DNA from: Octopus vulgaris | Taxonomy: Eukaryota | Reading direction: 5' to 3' | Assembly (NCBI GenBank): GCA_951406725.2 | Contig: OX597824.1 | Location: 48,422,001 to 48,486,000 of the forward strand | Length of the DNA: 64,000 nt | Shown: piece by piece, positions 28,414 through 45,719 of the stretch | How the letters are laid out: each line of letters starts with the position of its first letter | Position numbering within the stretch: the first letter of the stretch is position 1 | Program-made: the position numbers and the translations under genes | The notes under the pieces: model-generated | Seen by the model: the letters and a program-made list of their open reading frames with translations, nothing else | What the model was told of the DNA's origin: nothing | Database searches by the model: none

Positions 28414-30370
28414 GACATCGCACGTTCGGTCCGTCAGGGATGTCCCCTCTCGTCGCTTCTATACGTATTGACTCTCGAGCCATTATTGCGGAAGCTGGCA
28501 ACTTTGAGGAGCATCCCGCGAGAACTGGGATGCGGGTCGAGCGTGTCTGCATACGCGGACGACGTCACCGTCATTGTGTCTAGCCACGAGCACATCGAGC
28601 AGGTCGGCGAAATACTGAAAAACTACGAAGCGGTGACAGGAGCGAAAATCAACCGGGAAAAGTCAGTGGGCTTGCGACTAGGCACCTGGAGAAGCAAGCC
28701 CATGCCGTCCACTAGCGCCTCCGTCGTGGGACGCTGGACCGACGGCCCGGTTGAGTTGCTCGGGGTCTGGTTCGGTCCGGACCTCCAAGTGGAGAAAAAA
28801 CTGGAACGAGATAACGAGCAGGGTGGTCACTCTCGCCCGGCAATGGGCCGAGAGGAAACTGTCCCTAAAAGGTCGGGCGGAGGTGGCGAACACGTACATC
28901 GCGTCAGTCATCTACTACCGCCTGACCGTCATGCCTTGTCCCGACCCTACCATCACCAAACTAGAACGCATTCTCTTTCGCTTCTTGTGGAAAGGATGCG
29001 TCCCGATGGTCAGGCGATCCATTTGCTGTCAACACCCGTAAAAAGGAGGACTGGGCATGCCGTGGTTGATGATGCGCAGACACGCGCTGAGACTGCGACA
29101 TCTCAGGCTCTTCGTAGACGACGGTAAACAGGTGTGGTCGCCGTTTGTGAGGCACGCTTTCCCGCAGCTCGTCTCCATGACCGAACTGCAGTCGTGGATC
29201 AAAAAGAGGCCGAGGAAGGGCGAATGGCACCGCGAGTGTCGCGTTGCTCTCAAGCAACTCTGCCGTCCTGGGTCGACCTTGAGTGACTTCATCGCAACTA
29301 AAGGATTCTATAGGGGATTAGTGGAGGGGAGGTACGACGACGATCTCGGGGCGAACGTGGACGTCGACGAGGAGTACCTGACCCGCCTTTTCGGGACGAC
29401 TTTCGAGCCAGGGCCCAAGGACAACTTCCAGAGATCCCTGACCTGGCAGTGCTACCGAGAAGCGCTACCCGTTCGGGATAAGCTCTACAGACACGGCTCG
29501 AGAAACACGGGGCCGACCTGCCCGAGATGCGGCCAGAGCGACGAAACCGTTCTGCACGCACTCGTGCAGTGTCCAACAATTTCCGACCTGTGGGCTTATG
29601 TTGAACAACTGCTGTCACGTGTGGGACGAGTCGGTTTATCAGCTGAGTCTATCGTCAATATTGTCACGCCTCCTTCCTTCAAACGGGAAGGAAGAGCTAT
29701 TTTCATCATCCTTGTGGCTATGGCGAAAGAATGTATCTGGTGGACGCGTCTGAAAGGATTGGAGACAAACACTTTCCTCTCTGGTCAATCTCTCATCAAT
29801 TTCTTCAAGTACCACTTGAAAATGAAAGTGAGAGTAGAGAGGCAAGTTTTGTCTAGCGAATGTTTTAAAAAATAGATGGGTGAATGTAGCAAGGACGGCA
29901 CGTATGAATGACGAAGCCACCTTGAGCATAATTCTATGAACCCAGAAATTGAAAACAGCGGGTTACCCACTTGCAAACAAATGTGGTAACATATAACAAT
30001 ATTGACCAAGGTTACCGTGGTCCTTTTCGTAGGCTTTTCTTCCCACGGATAAACCTTACTTGCTGTCCCCTTTACACCATACATCATAACACTGTGATAC
30101 ACGATCCCTATTGATCGTTTTTTTTTCCTCTTCCCCTTTTTTTTCCTCCTTTTTTCTTCCTTTTTTTTCCATTTCTCTTTTCTTTTGTTCCTTTTCCTTT
30201 TTTTTGTTCTTTTTTTTCCCTTTTACGATCCCTTTTGATCGAAAACCTACGCCACCTTTTTCTGTTTCTTTTGTTTTTTGTTTTTTGTTTTTTTTTCATC
30301 CCCCAAAAGAAAAGCTCTACCTTGTAACCTGTCCCATCTGTGTGCAGCCCTGTGTGGCCAATAAAGAAAC
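28411..30370 (+). mobile_element. Tx1-clade LINE copy B3
   Basis: Same truncation point. It lacks the B1/B2 frameshifts but has its own lesions: an extra A in gagaaaaaactgg and a stop in cacccgTAAaaa. Confidence 0.92.
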
Positions 30371-30414
<44 letters not shown>

Positions 30415-31195
30415 ATATCTATCTATCTATCTATCCGACGGGTTTCTTTCAGTTTCCGTCTACGAAATCCACTCACAAGACTCTGGTCGGCTCGTAGCTG
30501 TAGTAGAAAACACTCGAGCAAGGTGCAACGCAGTGGATCCGATCCTGGAGCTATGTGGTTGGAAGTAAACTTTTTACCACATAGCCACGCCTGCATATGC
30601 GTATTTTCTTTCTTTTCATTTCTTTCTGTTTGCTGCAACCTATTTTCTTTATGCTCATTTCACTGTGATTGCATTTCTTTTTACTAGTATATATTACCAT
30701 GTGCACTGATGCATTTCAATTTGTTTATTTTGTTCGTATAAAACATTCCATTGAGGCAACGTGTAAATGTCAACACGGCACAGTGAAAATTTCATTCTAG
30801 TTGTAACTAGGAGAAAGATAAAAAACAAAAAGCAAAAAACGAATAGTTAGTTCACAGTTGCTTGCATTGCAAATGTGCGCTTATTTAAGCCTTCGATTGT
30901 TTACTCCTGTTAGAGTTGAACACTTCCACACACCATATTACATTCAGAAATGTGTTCCCTTCAAAAAACAACAACAGAGGCTGCCACGGCAGCATAAATA
31001 TGAAGAAAAAAAAAAACAAAACAAAAAACAACAAACAAACAAAAAACAATGAACAGCAATAACAATAACATAATAACAATGACAACAATATGGACAATGC
31101 CAACAGCAGTATTAATAATAGCGACATCGAAAGAACGAGAAATTGTTTTTACATATATATATATATACATACATACATGCATATATATATATATA

Positions 31196-31263
31196 TATAT
31201 ATATAAGCGAAAACAAGCAGCAATATTAAAGATGTGTGTATGTATATATATGTGTGTGTGTAC

Positions 31264-31317
<54 letters not shown>

Positions 31318-31477
31318 ATTTTCTTATCTTGTATTAGTAATTTGTGGTAAATCATTTTACCTTTGCCCATATAATACAGTAAATATATATATAAGCGAAA
31401 ACAAGCAGCAATATTAAAGATGTGTGTATGTATATGTGTGTGTGTGTACATGTGTATATGTATATATATATATTTAC

Positions 31478-31509
<32 letters not shown>

Positions 31510-31578
31510 CCATTTTCTTATCTTGTATTAGTAATTTGTGGTAAATCATTTTACCTTTGCCCATATAATACAGTAAAT
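31196..31578 (+). repeat. ~190-bp tandem duplication, 2 copies
   Basis: aagcgaaaacaagcagcaatattaaagatg...cctttgcccatataatacagtaaat occurs twice in tandem. Confidence 0.9.
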
Positions 31579-31875
31579 GAATTTATTGCATCGCAATCCT
31601 TAACATTTATGTATTAACTTTGTTGGGTACTTCACTAGCAGTATATTGGATATATGTTATCCCATGGAGGGTTGCATTTACAACCCCTATCTCAATTTAT
31701 ATATATATATAGATCAGAAAGTTGGTTTGTGAAAGCACGTGGTTGAATATATAGAAAATAGTAAAAAGTGAAAAAACTTCAGAAGGCTTTTGTTTTAAAA
31801 GGTTAAAAAATATATATTTGAGTCAATATGTCTGAAGAATATTATAAATATTTTTCTTACAATGACATAGTTTAG

Positions 31876-31914
31876 AAGAAAGACCGGTTTCGCGTTTAGC
31901 TTTTCAAATTTCTT
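31876..31914 (-). ncRNA. Degenerate minimal hammerhead-like motif
   Basis: Minus strand aagaaa t TTGAAAA GC taaac GC GAAA CCGG TC tttctt. Stem I, GAAA, a palindromic helix III and a GUC site are present; the CUGANGA box is mutated. Confidence 0.35.
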
Positions 31915-31920
31915 ACGTCG

Positions 31921-31969
<49 letters not shown>

Positions 31970-32054
31970 ACGGGAAGCTTTATGAAAATAAACAAAAGAC
32001 GAAGGCAGGTGGAATACACAAGCATACATAGCTATCACCAGAATATTTATACAC

Positions 32055-32424
32055 TTCCGTCTACGAAATCCACTCACAAGACTCTGGTCGGCTCGTAGCT
32101 GTAGTAGAAAACACTCGAGCAAGGTGCAACGCAGTGGATCCGATCCTGGAGCTATGTGGTTGGAAGTAAACTTTTTACCACACAGCCACGCCTGTATATG
32201 CGTATTTTCTTTCTTTTCATTTCTTTTTGTTTGCTGCAACCTATTTTCTTTATGCTCATTTCACTGTGATTGCATTTATTTTTACTAGTATATATTACCA
32301 TGTGCACTGATGCATTTCAATTTGTTTATTTTGTTCGTATAAAACATTCCATTGAGGCAACGTGTAAATGTCAGCACGGCACAGTGAAAATTTCATTCTA
32401 GTTGTGACTAGGAGAAAGATAAAA
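32055..32424 (+). repeat. Partial fourth copy of the triplication unit (segment downstream of the LINE)
   Basis: ttccgtctacgaaatccactcacaagactctgg...gttgtgactaggagaaagat matches ~22469-22833. Confidence 0.9.
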
Positions 32425-32469
32425 GATATTTATATATTTTTAATTATATATAGATATAATAATGCTTTT

Positions 32470-32670
32470 AAATTTTGGCACAAGACCAACAAGTCCTGGG
32501 GAAGGAGCTCAGTCCATTAAATCGCCCCCAGGAGTAAACTTGTAATTATTTTACCGACACAAAAATGATGAAACGCAAAGTCGACTTTGGCTGGACTTGA
32601 ACTGAGAACGCAAAAACGGACGAAATGCCGATGAGCATTTTGTCTGGCGATCTAACGATTGTGCTAGCCC
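32470..32670 (-). mobile_element. SINE family A, degenerate
   Basis: gcaaagtcgactttgg...ttgaactgagaacg...ggacgaaatgccg. Confidence 0.6.
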
Positions 32671-32687
32671 ACCGACCAAGCGAATAT

Positions 32688-32721
<34 letters not shown>

Positions 32722-32839
32722 CTTCTTCTCGTGTCCTTCGCTGCTGCTGCTGCTGCTGATGATGATGTTGGTGCTACTGTTGCACGCTGCTGTAGTTGTT
32801 GGGAATGTGGTGTCGGCAGTTGTAGGGGCATCCTCTCTC

Positions 32840-33115
32840 TTACTTTTTGTTGAGGACAAATGACTTTAAAGCAGCTTTCAGTACAACACAAGTAACATCT
32901 TCAACCGTAGCAAATAACTCCACTCCATTGGGCAGGTGGATAATGTCTGGTATCTTTTGTACATCCTCCGGCTTCATTTGGAGAAGGATCTCCACTGTGG
33001 TCCCTGACCGTCTCTCTTCATTGTTTTCATTCCAAACTGATACAGGCTAACAGCCACCAGATGTCAAACCAAGATGGAACTCCCTCTATCTCGACATAAC
33101 AGGTCCTTCTCTATG
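32840..33115 (-). mobile_element. Possible decayed gag-like ORF1 of a LINE
   Basis: Minus-strand fragments IEGVPSWFDIWWLLA, KIPDIIHLPNGVELFATVE and VICPQ loosely suggest a zinc-knuckle ORF1. Heavily disrupted. Confidence 0.25.
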
Positions 33116-33144
33116 AATATGTTGAGTTGAGGGTGAGTTCCTAC

Positions 33145-33225
33145 GGGCATATGGCGTAGTGGTTAAGAGCGCTGGCTACTAACCCCAAGATTCTGAGTTC
33201 GATCCCAAGCAGTGAGCTGAACACT
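33145..33225 (+). mobile_element. tRNA-derived SINE head (family C) with Pol III A and B boxes
   Basis: A box tggcgtagtgg at 33152-33162, B box gagttcgatcc at 33195-33205, anticodon-like loop ctACTaa. The acceptor stem is not intact. Confidence 0.75.
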
Positions 33226-33229
33226 AACA

Positions 33230-33989
<760 letters not shown>

Positions 33990-34054
33990 ATAATAATAAT
34001 AATAACATCGAAAAATACATTAGGAATGAGAACCCATGTTCGAAATTTACCCAA

Positions 34055-34100
34055 GACACCTGAAGAAGGCTGGAGGGTATATTAGCCGAAACGTTGTGTT
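34055..34100 (+). ncRNA. Minimal type-I hammerhead ribozyme
   Basis: gacac CTGAAGA a GGCTGG agggtata TTAGCC GAAA CG TT gtgtt. Both core boxes are intact. Stem II is 6 bp (2 G-U), stem I is 5 bp, and palindromic ACGU replaces helix III. Confidence 0.7.
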
Positions 34101-34508
34101 AACAATTAACAAGATGAGGACAAATATCCGTCGAATGTAAATAATGTAAATAATGTGTTTATGGTTCTTGTTACTGCTGCTGCCATAGTTGTTGTTATTG
34201 TAATAGTTGTTGTAGCTGTGCTCGTATGTATGCTGTTATGAAGTTGGCGATGGTACGAGATTTTCTTGATACCTTCCCATTGAATTCGTTTGCAAGCGTT
34301 AAAATGCCTTAATTCCAATGAGAAAAACACAGACGGGAATAAATAAATATTACCACAATTGTGCCCTTTCGGATATAATTTTGTTGTCCCCTAATGTTGT
34401 AGGGTCTTTATTTAAAAATTTAACAAAGTTTACAACAGGAAACAAGCTATTTTTCAATAAAATCCAACAAACGTTCAGGAGCCGATGCAGTGTACCACAA
34501 AGTATAGC

Positions 34509-34584
<76 letters not shown>

Positions 34585-34669
34585 ACAACAACAACATCTA
34601 TAGTAATAATGATAATAATTGGGACAGTATTTTGTGGGAAATCTACACAAAAACTGTCCATATATAGGC

Positions 34670-34800
34670 GAAGGCGTGACTGTGTGGTAAGAAGTTTGCT
34701 TCCCAGCCACATGGTTTCGGGTTCAGTTCTGCGTGGTACCTTGAGTGAGTGTCTTCTACTGTAGGCTCAGACCAACCAAAGCATTGTGAAGAAGCCCGTC
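34670..34800 (+). mobile_element. SINE family B head
   Basis: ggcgtgactgtgtggtaagaagtttgcttcccagccacatggtttcgggttcagtt...gtgtcttctact. Confidence 0.7.
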
Positions 34801-34812
34801 GTATATATGTGT

Positions 34813-34895
<83 letters not shown>

Positions 34896-35299
34896 GTGAG
34901 TTTAGAGAGATATACTATCCGGGTGGATACCTTGGTAGCTCTCAGTTATGTTCCAGGTTACTACTAACCGCAAAATACTGTCCCTTGTAACGTTTATGAC
35001 TACCAGAAGTTGTCACTCACGCTGTAAATTCCTCCGATGGGTAATTGCGTGTTTGCTTCACTAGATGGTAATATTATCTGGAGTGTATATTTGCAATAAT
35101 TATAACGATAGCGAATATGGTGACTGGTACATTCTGAGTCCACTTCGAGCCAAACTGGTTGAAAGACCCTGAAGGAAGCTGCATAGAAAATTATGCCCGG
35201 ATGCATATACAACTGTTCATACTATGTGAAGTGGAAACACGTGTAGGTCGTCGTAATCATAAAATATGCTGTATGACAGTTTCCGTATTCGCTATCGTT

Positions 35300-35530
35300 A
35301 TACATGTGTGTGTGTGTGTGTGTATCTTTGTGTCTTCCACCACTGCTTAACAACCGATGTTGGTGTGTTTACGTCCCCGTAATCTAGCGGTTCAGCAAAA
35401 GTGACCGATAGACTAAGTACCAGGCTTTAAAGAATAAGTACTGGGGTCGAATCTTTCGATTTTTAAAAAATCCCCAAAGTGGTGCCCCAGCATGGTCGTA
35501 GTCTAATGACTGAAACAAATAAAAGATAAA
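35300..35530 (+). mobile_element. SINE family B tail
   Basis: caaccgatgttggtgtgtttacgtccccgtaa...ggtgccccagcatggtcgtagtctaatgactgaaacaa. Confidence 0.7.
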
Positions 35531-36088
35531 CTCATCCAAGATACGAAAATGAGTTTACGATTAAAGAAAGATTGCAAATCTACAATAAGAAGCGGAAATT
35601 ATCTAAGAGTGAGCACATTAAATTTGCTACAGACATCAAAATCAGAGAATTAGACTAGAACCACCTAAACAAATACTTCGAAATAGATGAAACTGATAAG
35701 ATACATCACACAGAAATGAAGACTAATATTAGAACAGAGTAGTACAGATTAGTCACAAAAAATATTAAAAACTAGATAAGAAACAAATAGATATAAATAC
35801 ACAAACCATCCCGGTTATAGACGATAGGGAAGAGGATTGAAATACTGTTCTGAAACTGCCTGTTTATAGTTGGTATAAATAGAGAGAATACACCTACTTA
35901 GAAATCGAGGATAAAGGGGTCTGACACAAATAGAAAACTGCTATAAAATAACAACAGTAGGACGAGGAAAATGTTTAGAAGCCATCAAACAAAAACTGAT
36001 TGATGCAATAAAGAATGATGTTGAAGACAAAAATTTCAGCCTCTCTATCCTCTTTCTCTCCCAACCTCTTCTCCTTGTGCATGTGTGC

Positions 36089-36149
<61 letters not shown>

Positions 36150-36164
36150 CAGACACACACATAT

Positions 36165-36315
36165 TCTCTCCTTGTTTTTTCTATGTCCCTTTCTCTAGAA
36201 GAGCGTAGGCTCGAAACGTAAAATACTTTTTCTATTCCTGAGCGTTATATCAATACATCTGTTTGTTTTGTACACCACCTGTCTTCGTCTTTTGTTTTGT
36301 TTTTTCGTAAACTCT

Positions 36316-36318
<3 letters not shown>
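36165..36318 (+). mobile_element. Short repeat between (TA)n runs with a hammerhead-like remnant (Penelope-like terminal repeat?)
   Basis: ctttCTCTAGAa GAGC gtag GCTC GAAA CG TA aaat at 36189-36225. A related inverted partial copy lies at ~31970-32025. Confidence 0.45.
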
Positions 36319-36368
<50 letters not shown>

Positions 36369-36373
36369 TATAA

Positions 36374-36477
<104 letters not shown>

Positions 36478-36493
36478 TGATAGATAGATAGAC

Positions 36494-36560
<67 letters not shown>

Positions 36561-36565
<5 letters not shown>

Positions 36566-36966
36566 TAGTGGTACAACAAGGCACCAATATTCACTGGAAA
36601 TGGCAGTCGATTCTATTACGACGCTATAATAAAGCTTTACTGCGTATATACTGGCAAAAACGTGTGAGTTCAACAAACATGAAAAATTTGTCTTACGTCT
36701 AGGAAGGACATTCGATAAATGGACAACCCAGATCGGATAATACAGGACCGGTTTTTGACTCTTCAAATATGTTTGTCAACGTAAATTTGATCAGTCTTCA
36801 TCAGCTGTATTTACCTAGACAATATTTCAAATGTTGCCACATCAATGCCAGTATACTCGCCTGAATGCTTTGCCGGTATATATGCAGTGAAGCCTTATTT
36901 GAGCGTCACAATTGTAACGACTGCTATTTCCAGTGAATATTGGTGCTTTGTTGTACCACTAATCTA
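36561..36966. mobile_element. Fold-back/MITE-like element with ~100-bp terminal inverted repeats
   Basis: tagattagtggtacaacaaggcaccaatattcactggaaatggcagtcg... versus the reverse complement of the right end, tagattagtggtacaacaaagcaccaatattcactggaaatagcagtcg... Confidence 0.8.
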
Positions 36967-36993
36967 TATTTATATTTATACTTCTACCTTTAC

Positions 36994-37035
<42 letters not shown>

Positions 37036-37494
37036 TAACTATTTGCAGGATCTAATACTATCTCAACTGACACTGAGATGAGAGAGTCAATATGCATTCT
37101 ATACTCTCGGTGTGAAAAATCCTAAATGTTAATTTTAATTTTAATTTTAATTTAGCCGAAGAAAACGATGTTTTACATGATGTAAATCAATAAAAAACAC
37201 GTCTAAATAAATACGTCTAAATAAATCGGAATTCCAAAATATACAGAAAAAAAGCGCAAGTAAAAATGGAAGGGAAACCATTCCATGGCCAACACACGCA
37301 ACATACAATGGAGGGAAAAGTAAACTAATGTGAAAGTGAACGATGACTCAAAAGCTTTGGGATCAAACTAGAGACAGAAACTGTGATTTTAGCTGCATAG
37401 AGCCAACCAAAAATAATTATAAATAATATAATGGAACATTCTTGCATAACGTACGTGACAGTCAAGGATACAATTATGAAAGATCTAAGCTGTA

Positions 37495-37795
37495 AGCTTT
37501 GTGAGTCGATTTGGTAGACGGAAACTGAAAGAAGCCCATTGAATATATATGTGTGTATATGTATATGTGTGTGTATGTCTTTGTTTCTGTGTTTGTTCAC
37601 CACCGCTTGATAACCGGTGTTGGTGTGTTTACGTTTTCGTAATTCACCAGTCCGGCAAAAGAGACCGATCGAATAAGTACCAGGCTTAAAGGAAAATATA
37701 TAAGTACCGGGGTCGATTCCTTCGACTAAAAGTTCTTCGAGGCGGTGCTCCAACAAGGCCGCCGTCTAATAACTGAAACAAGTAAAAGACAAAGG
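37495..37795 (+). mobile_element. SINE family B, 5'-truncated
   Basis: gatttggtagacggaaactgaaagaagccc...ggcggtgctccaacaaggccg...actgaaacaagtaaaaga. Confidence 0.75.
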
Positions 37796-38311
37796 ACAAA
37801 ATATGTATGTTGAATTTTCGGAAGAGGATCCGAAAAGTGTGACGTATGTGACATCGCACTTATAAATTTTTTCACTTGAAAATATTAACTTCTAATTCCT
37901 CCGAGTTTCTCCAGAGCAGCATAAATCTTCTTATGGTGTTTATTTACATTCGCCTTGAAATTTAAAAAAATGCTAATGAGTTTGCCGGACCACCATGTAT
38001 GTGGTTAGAATTCTCATTTACTTGGATTGATGTGCATGACAAAAATGGATGTGACATAAGTGAGAAAAAGATTTTCCTGTTAAAGATAAACACCGTGTAG
38101 AACTGGAATAAATTGCCCCACTATCGATATCTGATCGAAAATGAACCATTTTAACATACTTTTACAGCTAGATTGTGATTTACCTAAGCATTCTGAAAAA
38201 CAATTTTAGAAGTTTGTTTTTGTTTAAATGGTCCTAATGATGAAACAAGATGCTAAAAATAAGTACTGACTCTGAAAACAGTGGGGTGAAACATGACGAC
38301 TTCCTTTTCTA

Positions 38312-38875
38312 TTGGGTCGTCCGGAAAGTTCGTGCCGATTTTTAAAGGAAAGAAAAAAGTCAATAAATACTTGCCATTACATTTTTAATCAACCAAATAT
38401 GAACCATTTTGTTGCACAATGCGTCTCCATCTTTCCTTTAACTTGAAAATACCCTCTTTCAAGAATTGAAGTGGTTTCATGGCAAAGAATTCATCAAGGT
38501 ATCTTTTTACGTCATCCAAGGAATTTAAATTTTTACCATTAAGACTATTCTACAGAGACCTGAATAAGTGGAAATCCGAAGGAGCAATATCTGGTGAATA
38601 TGGAGGGTGGGGTAACACCTCCCAGCCGAGCTGCAGCAATTTTTATCTGGTTCCCAAAGCATCAAGTGCCGAAAATGAACTTTTTTATCTTCCATTTGAA
38701 AGGGTTACAGAATTAACGCAGGTTTTAGGAACATAAACCTTCTTCCAGGAAAAGAGCTTAAACTGTGCTCTAAATGGAGGTGTAGTCAAATCCTATTTTA
38801 TGGACTCAACCATGTTCTAAAATAAGTCGAAAGGTAAGCTACTATAAATCGGCACGAACTTTCCGGACAACCCAA
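38312..38875 (-). mobile_element. Internally deleted mariner transposon
   Basis: ~30-bp TIRs ttgggt(c/t)gtccggaaagttcgtgccgattt with a TA TSD at both ends. The minus strand encodes LGWEVLPHPPYSPDIAPSDFHLF, the mariner YSPDLAP motif. Confidence 0.92.
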
Positions 38876-39149
38876 TAGCTACCCGGTCCTGGAAGAGTTC
38901 TAGTGTACTTACACATGTGATTGAATGGGCAGTCAGATCCACCAGGCAATATGGAAATGTCAACGTAACAGATATATAAACGGATTGGGATTTCTTTTTT
39001 TTAAGCAAAGAAGATGCTCATCAGTTATCTTTGCCAAATACGATTTTAATTTTGGGTATTATAAATCTCATCTTCAGAATAGCATAGGTTTTCAATATTT
39101 ATATTTGCATAATGCTTCCATCGACATTAGGTTTCTAATATACACGATA

Positions 39150-39355
39150 CTAAAGCTAGCAGAATCGTTAGCACGTCGGGTAAAATGCTTAGCGGCATTT
39201 CGTCCGTCTTTATATTCTGAATTCAAATTTCGCTGAGGGCCACTTTGCCTTTCATCCTTTCGGGGTTCATAAAATAAGTGGCAGTTGAGCCTGGAGAGTT
39301 ATATAGTCGACCAACCGCCTGCCGAACTTGCTGGTCTTGTGCCATTTTTTGAAGC
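39150..39355 (+). mobile_element. SINE family A
   Basis: agctagcagaatcgttagcacg...ctttgcctttcatcctttcgggg. Confidence 0.75.
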
Positions 39356-39508
39356 TAATATACACGATACCGGACTGGATTCGATCTGGGAACATTCATT
39401 CACTAATTATGGGAAATAACACTCTTGTCCACTATATCACTGGTACGTTGACTGTACCACATTTTAAAATTCTTCTATTTTAAGCATATCTATATAGCTA
39501 CCCATCTA

Positions 39509-39509
<1 letters not shown>

Positions 39510-39573
<64 letters not shown>

Positions 39574-39586
39574 GTCTGTCTGTCTA

Positions 39587-39637
<51 letters not shown>

Positions 39638-39660
39638 GTCTGTCTGTCTGTCTGTCTCTA

Positions 39661-39693
<33 letters not shown>

Positions 39694-39750
39694 ATCTATC
39701 TATCTGTCTGTCTGTCTGTCTGCTTGTTTGTCTGTCTGTCTGTCTGTTTG

Positions 39751-39781
<31 letters not shown>

Positions 39782-39838
39782 AGCTAGCTAGCTAGCTATC
39801 TGTCTGTCTATCTATATGTCTGTCTGTCTGCATGTCTG

Positions 39839-39889
<51 letters not shown>

Positions 39890-39902
39890 ATCTATCTATC
39901 TA
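39510..39902. repeat. Compound (TATC)/(TGTC)/(TC) microsatellite
   Basis: Read directly from the sequence. Confidence 0.9.
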
Positions 39903-40919
39903 ATATATGAACCATTCTGTTGTTCATGAATTGAAAATCAAGAATATAGCTTCCATTATTTCCCGTCTGTTTGCTTGTATAAGCACATACAGACAAAACA
40001 AACACACACTCACAAACAAAGTACAAACAAAACAAACTCACACACACACACACACGGAGCAAGAAAGTTAACATGAAAACAAGACAGGTTGGAAGTGATA
40101 TCTCTCTCTCTCTCTCAGTTTATGTATAAAACAATGACCATCCCTCATAATACCGACCCCCACCACACGGGGACGTCCGATATACTTGATATTCAGCGAA
40201 GCGTTAAGGAATTGTTCCTCCTACGCACCTGTCAGTTACTCAAAACGTTCAATCAGGCGTTAAATTCATTTTAACTAACCAATATCGTCAGAATAAAACG
40301 GAGCGTCTACGTAATAAATCGATGCACACCCTCTACTTCCGATCCTATACGTTATGGATTTCTCTCTAGTGCTTCACTCTGAAGTATCTGGTTACACTAA
40401 TGCTGCCCTAGTTACATGAGTTTAATATATAGTATTGCACGATCGCTAAATCTTCACCTACGCACATAGTTTTTGGAGTGGGATAGCTGTGTGGTTATAA
40501 GCCTATAGATAGTGAAGATTTTATACAACAGCAGTAACGTGGTATTCCTGGTGGTGACATTTAATTTTGCATTTTGTAGGTTGTCTAAATATAGAACAGG
40601 AAGTGGGTAATTCCAAATAAATAAAATCTATGACTAGTTTACTACCTCCACAAGGTTTTTTAATATATGTATATATATTTCAAACTTGTTTAGCAGTCTG
40701 TTAACATAAATTATGCAAACTAATACTTCTAGCAATAGTGCCTAACCTATTAATATTACTCGTAGCACTGGGCGTATTCATTAATTATGCAATACTTACA
40801 AGTGGTGAACTGTGCCTCTTTGTAATATATACAATTGCTCTGAAAAAATACAGGGTGGACCAAAATTCACGCACCAAAACATTTGACATTTTACTTATAT
40901 CATATTATTATTATTAGCC

Positions 40920-41010
<91 letters not shown>

Positions 41011-41030
41011 TATTATTGTTATTGTTGTTA

Positions 41031-41077
<47 letters not shown>

Positions 41078-41226
41078 GTTTTGTTCATTATGTACATGTA
41101 CGTGTGTACTCGTCTTTATCTATTTCATTTAATTTTTTGAAAAATTGTTTTTAAAATGTGCAATATACATTAAATAAGGTTTAATCTTGGTTGGTTTATT
41201 TTGGCCCACACTGTAGAAATTTTTTT

Positions 41227-41744
41227 GTGGCAAAAGAATCTGTGCGCTGGACCCGTCTAAATTGTTTGAAGACAGGAACTTTCCTATCTGGCCAAGCTCC
41301 CCTCAATTTCTTCAAATAATATTTGAAGAGGAAGGTGAAGGCAGAGAAGGAGGTGCTGCTTTTTAGCGTGTTTATCAAAATGTTGATACGAGTGGCAAAA
41401 CTGGTGAGGCTGCATGGATCTACTCTTTTCTTTTCTAAGTAGGAGTAAAGAAACTGGAAGATGGCATTTTCCCATGCCTTGGGGATGGCAGAGTAGTCCG
41501 GAACTTTTGCGCGGGGTTTACCCTGAATTACCTTAAGTGGACTGCTCTGCTATGGGGTTTTCTATTTATCTATTAGTTATTATTTCTCTAACTTCTATAT
41601 ATATACCCTTTGTTATGTCCTTTAATATTGTAGTGTCTCTCTTTGACCGCTGTAAATCCCACCTGTTTTGTGTAGCATGTAGTCCTTTGATATTGTCCTC
41701 CATGTCCTTGTGGTCCTTAGGTCCTTGTGGTCAATAAAAGAAGG
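41227..41744 (+). mobile_element. Diverged second Tx1-family LINE 3' end with (CAT)/(ATT)n tail
   Basis: Translation VAKESVRWTRLNCLKTGTFLSGQAPLNFFK*YLKRKVKAEKEVL aligns to MAKECIWWTRLKGLETNTFLSGQSLINFFKYHLKRKVRVERQVL. Ends ccttgtggtcaataaaagaa. Confidence 0.8.
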
Positions 41745-41764
41745 CATCATCATCATCATCATCA

Positions 41765-45025
<3,261 letters not shown>

Positions 45026-45719
45026 TACGTTTGTATGTATGCATGTATGAATGTATGTATATGTATGATGAGCTTGTGCACAGTTTGCGTGTTTTAAATT
45101 CACTTACAAAACCCTGGTTGGCTTAGGGTTATAACAGAAGACACTAGCTCAAGAATAGTGCTGTGCAGCAGGCTTGAACCTGAAGGTAAGTGGTCGTGAA
45201 GCGACTTTCTTAACCACACAGTCACGTGTACGCAAGAGTAAATGCGTCTCGGTGTCTATGCGCAGATGTTCATTCACAAGTTCCGCAAGTCTTACAATAA
45301 CTGAATGTAAACTCCAAACAGTCTTATAATATATAGCTATTTGAACAGGCCCTGAATGGCTTTGGTTGTTTGATTGTTTATTATTATTGTTATTATTATT
45401 GGTGGAGAGTGAGGTGGTGCTAATATGTTTGGAATGTTTGGCAATGTTGGACGTTTACATACTGCCGCAGTATTTATCTTCACAAATGAATGCCCTTCCC
45501 ACGGCTGACCTCCTAACCGTGAGCTTGTAAAGGTATGACGTGTTCAGTCGTTCGATATCACTATATTGTAAGCAGTTGTTAAGTTTTAACATAGGAGTCG
45601 TGATTCCCGATCCTGACAGTGAACATTAACACTAAATTTATTGTGTTCTCTCTCTCTCCTTCCCACTATCAAGTGCGCGGGCATGAGCACACGCACACAC
45701 ATAAATACGCGCGCGCGCA

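Noticed and set aside
33145-33216. Functional tRNA gene with an ACT anticodon
   Set aside because: The acceptor and anticodon stems do not pair properly and there is no oligo-T terminator. It is better read as a SINE head.
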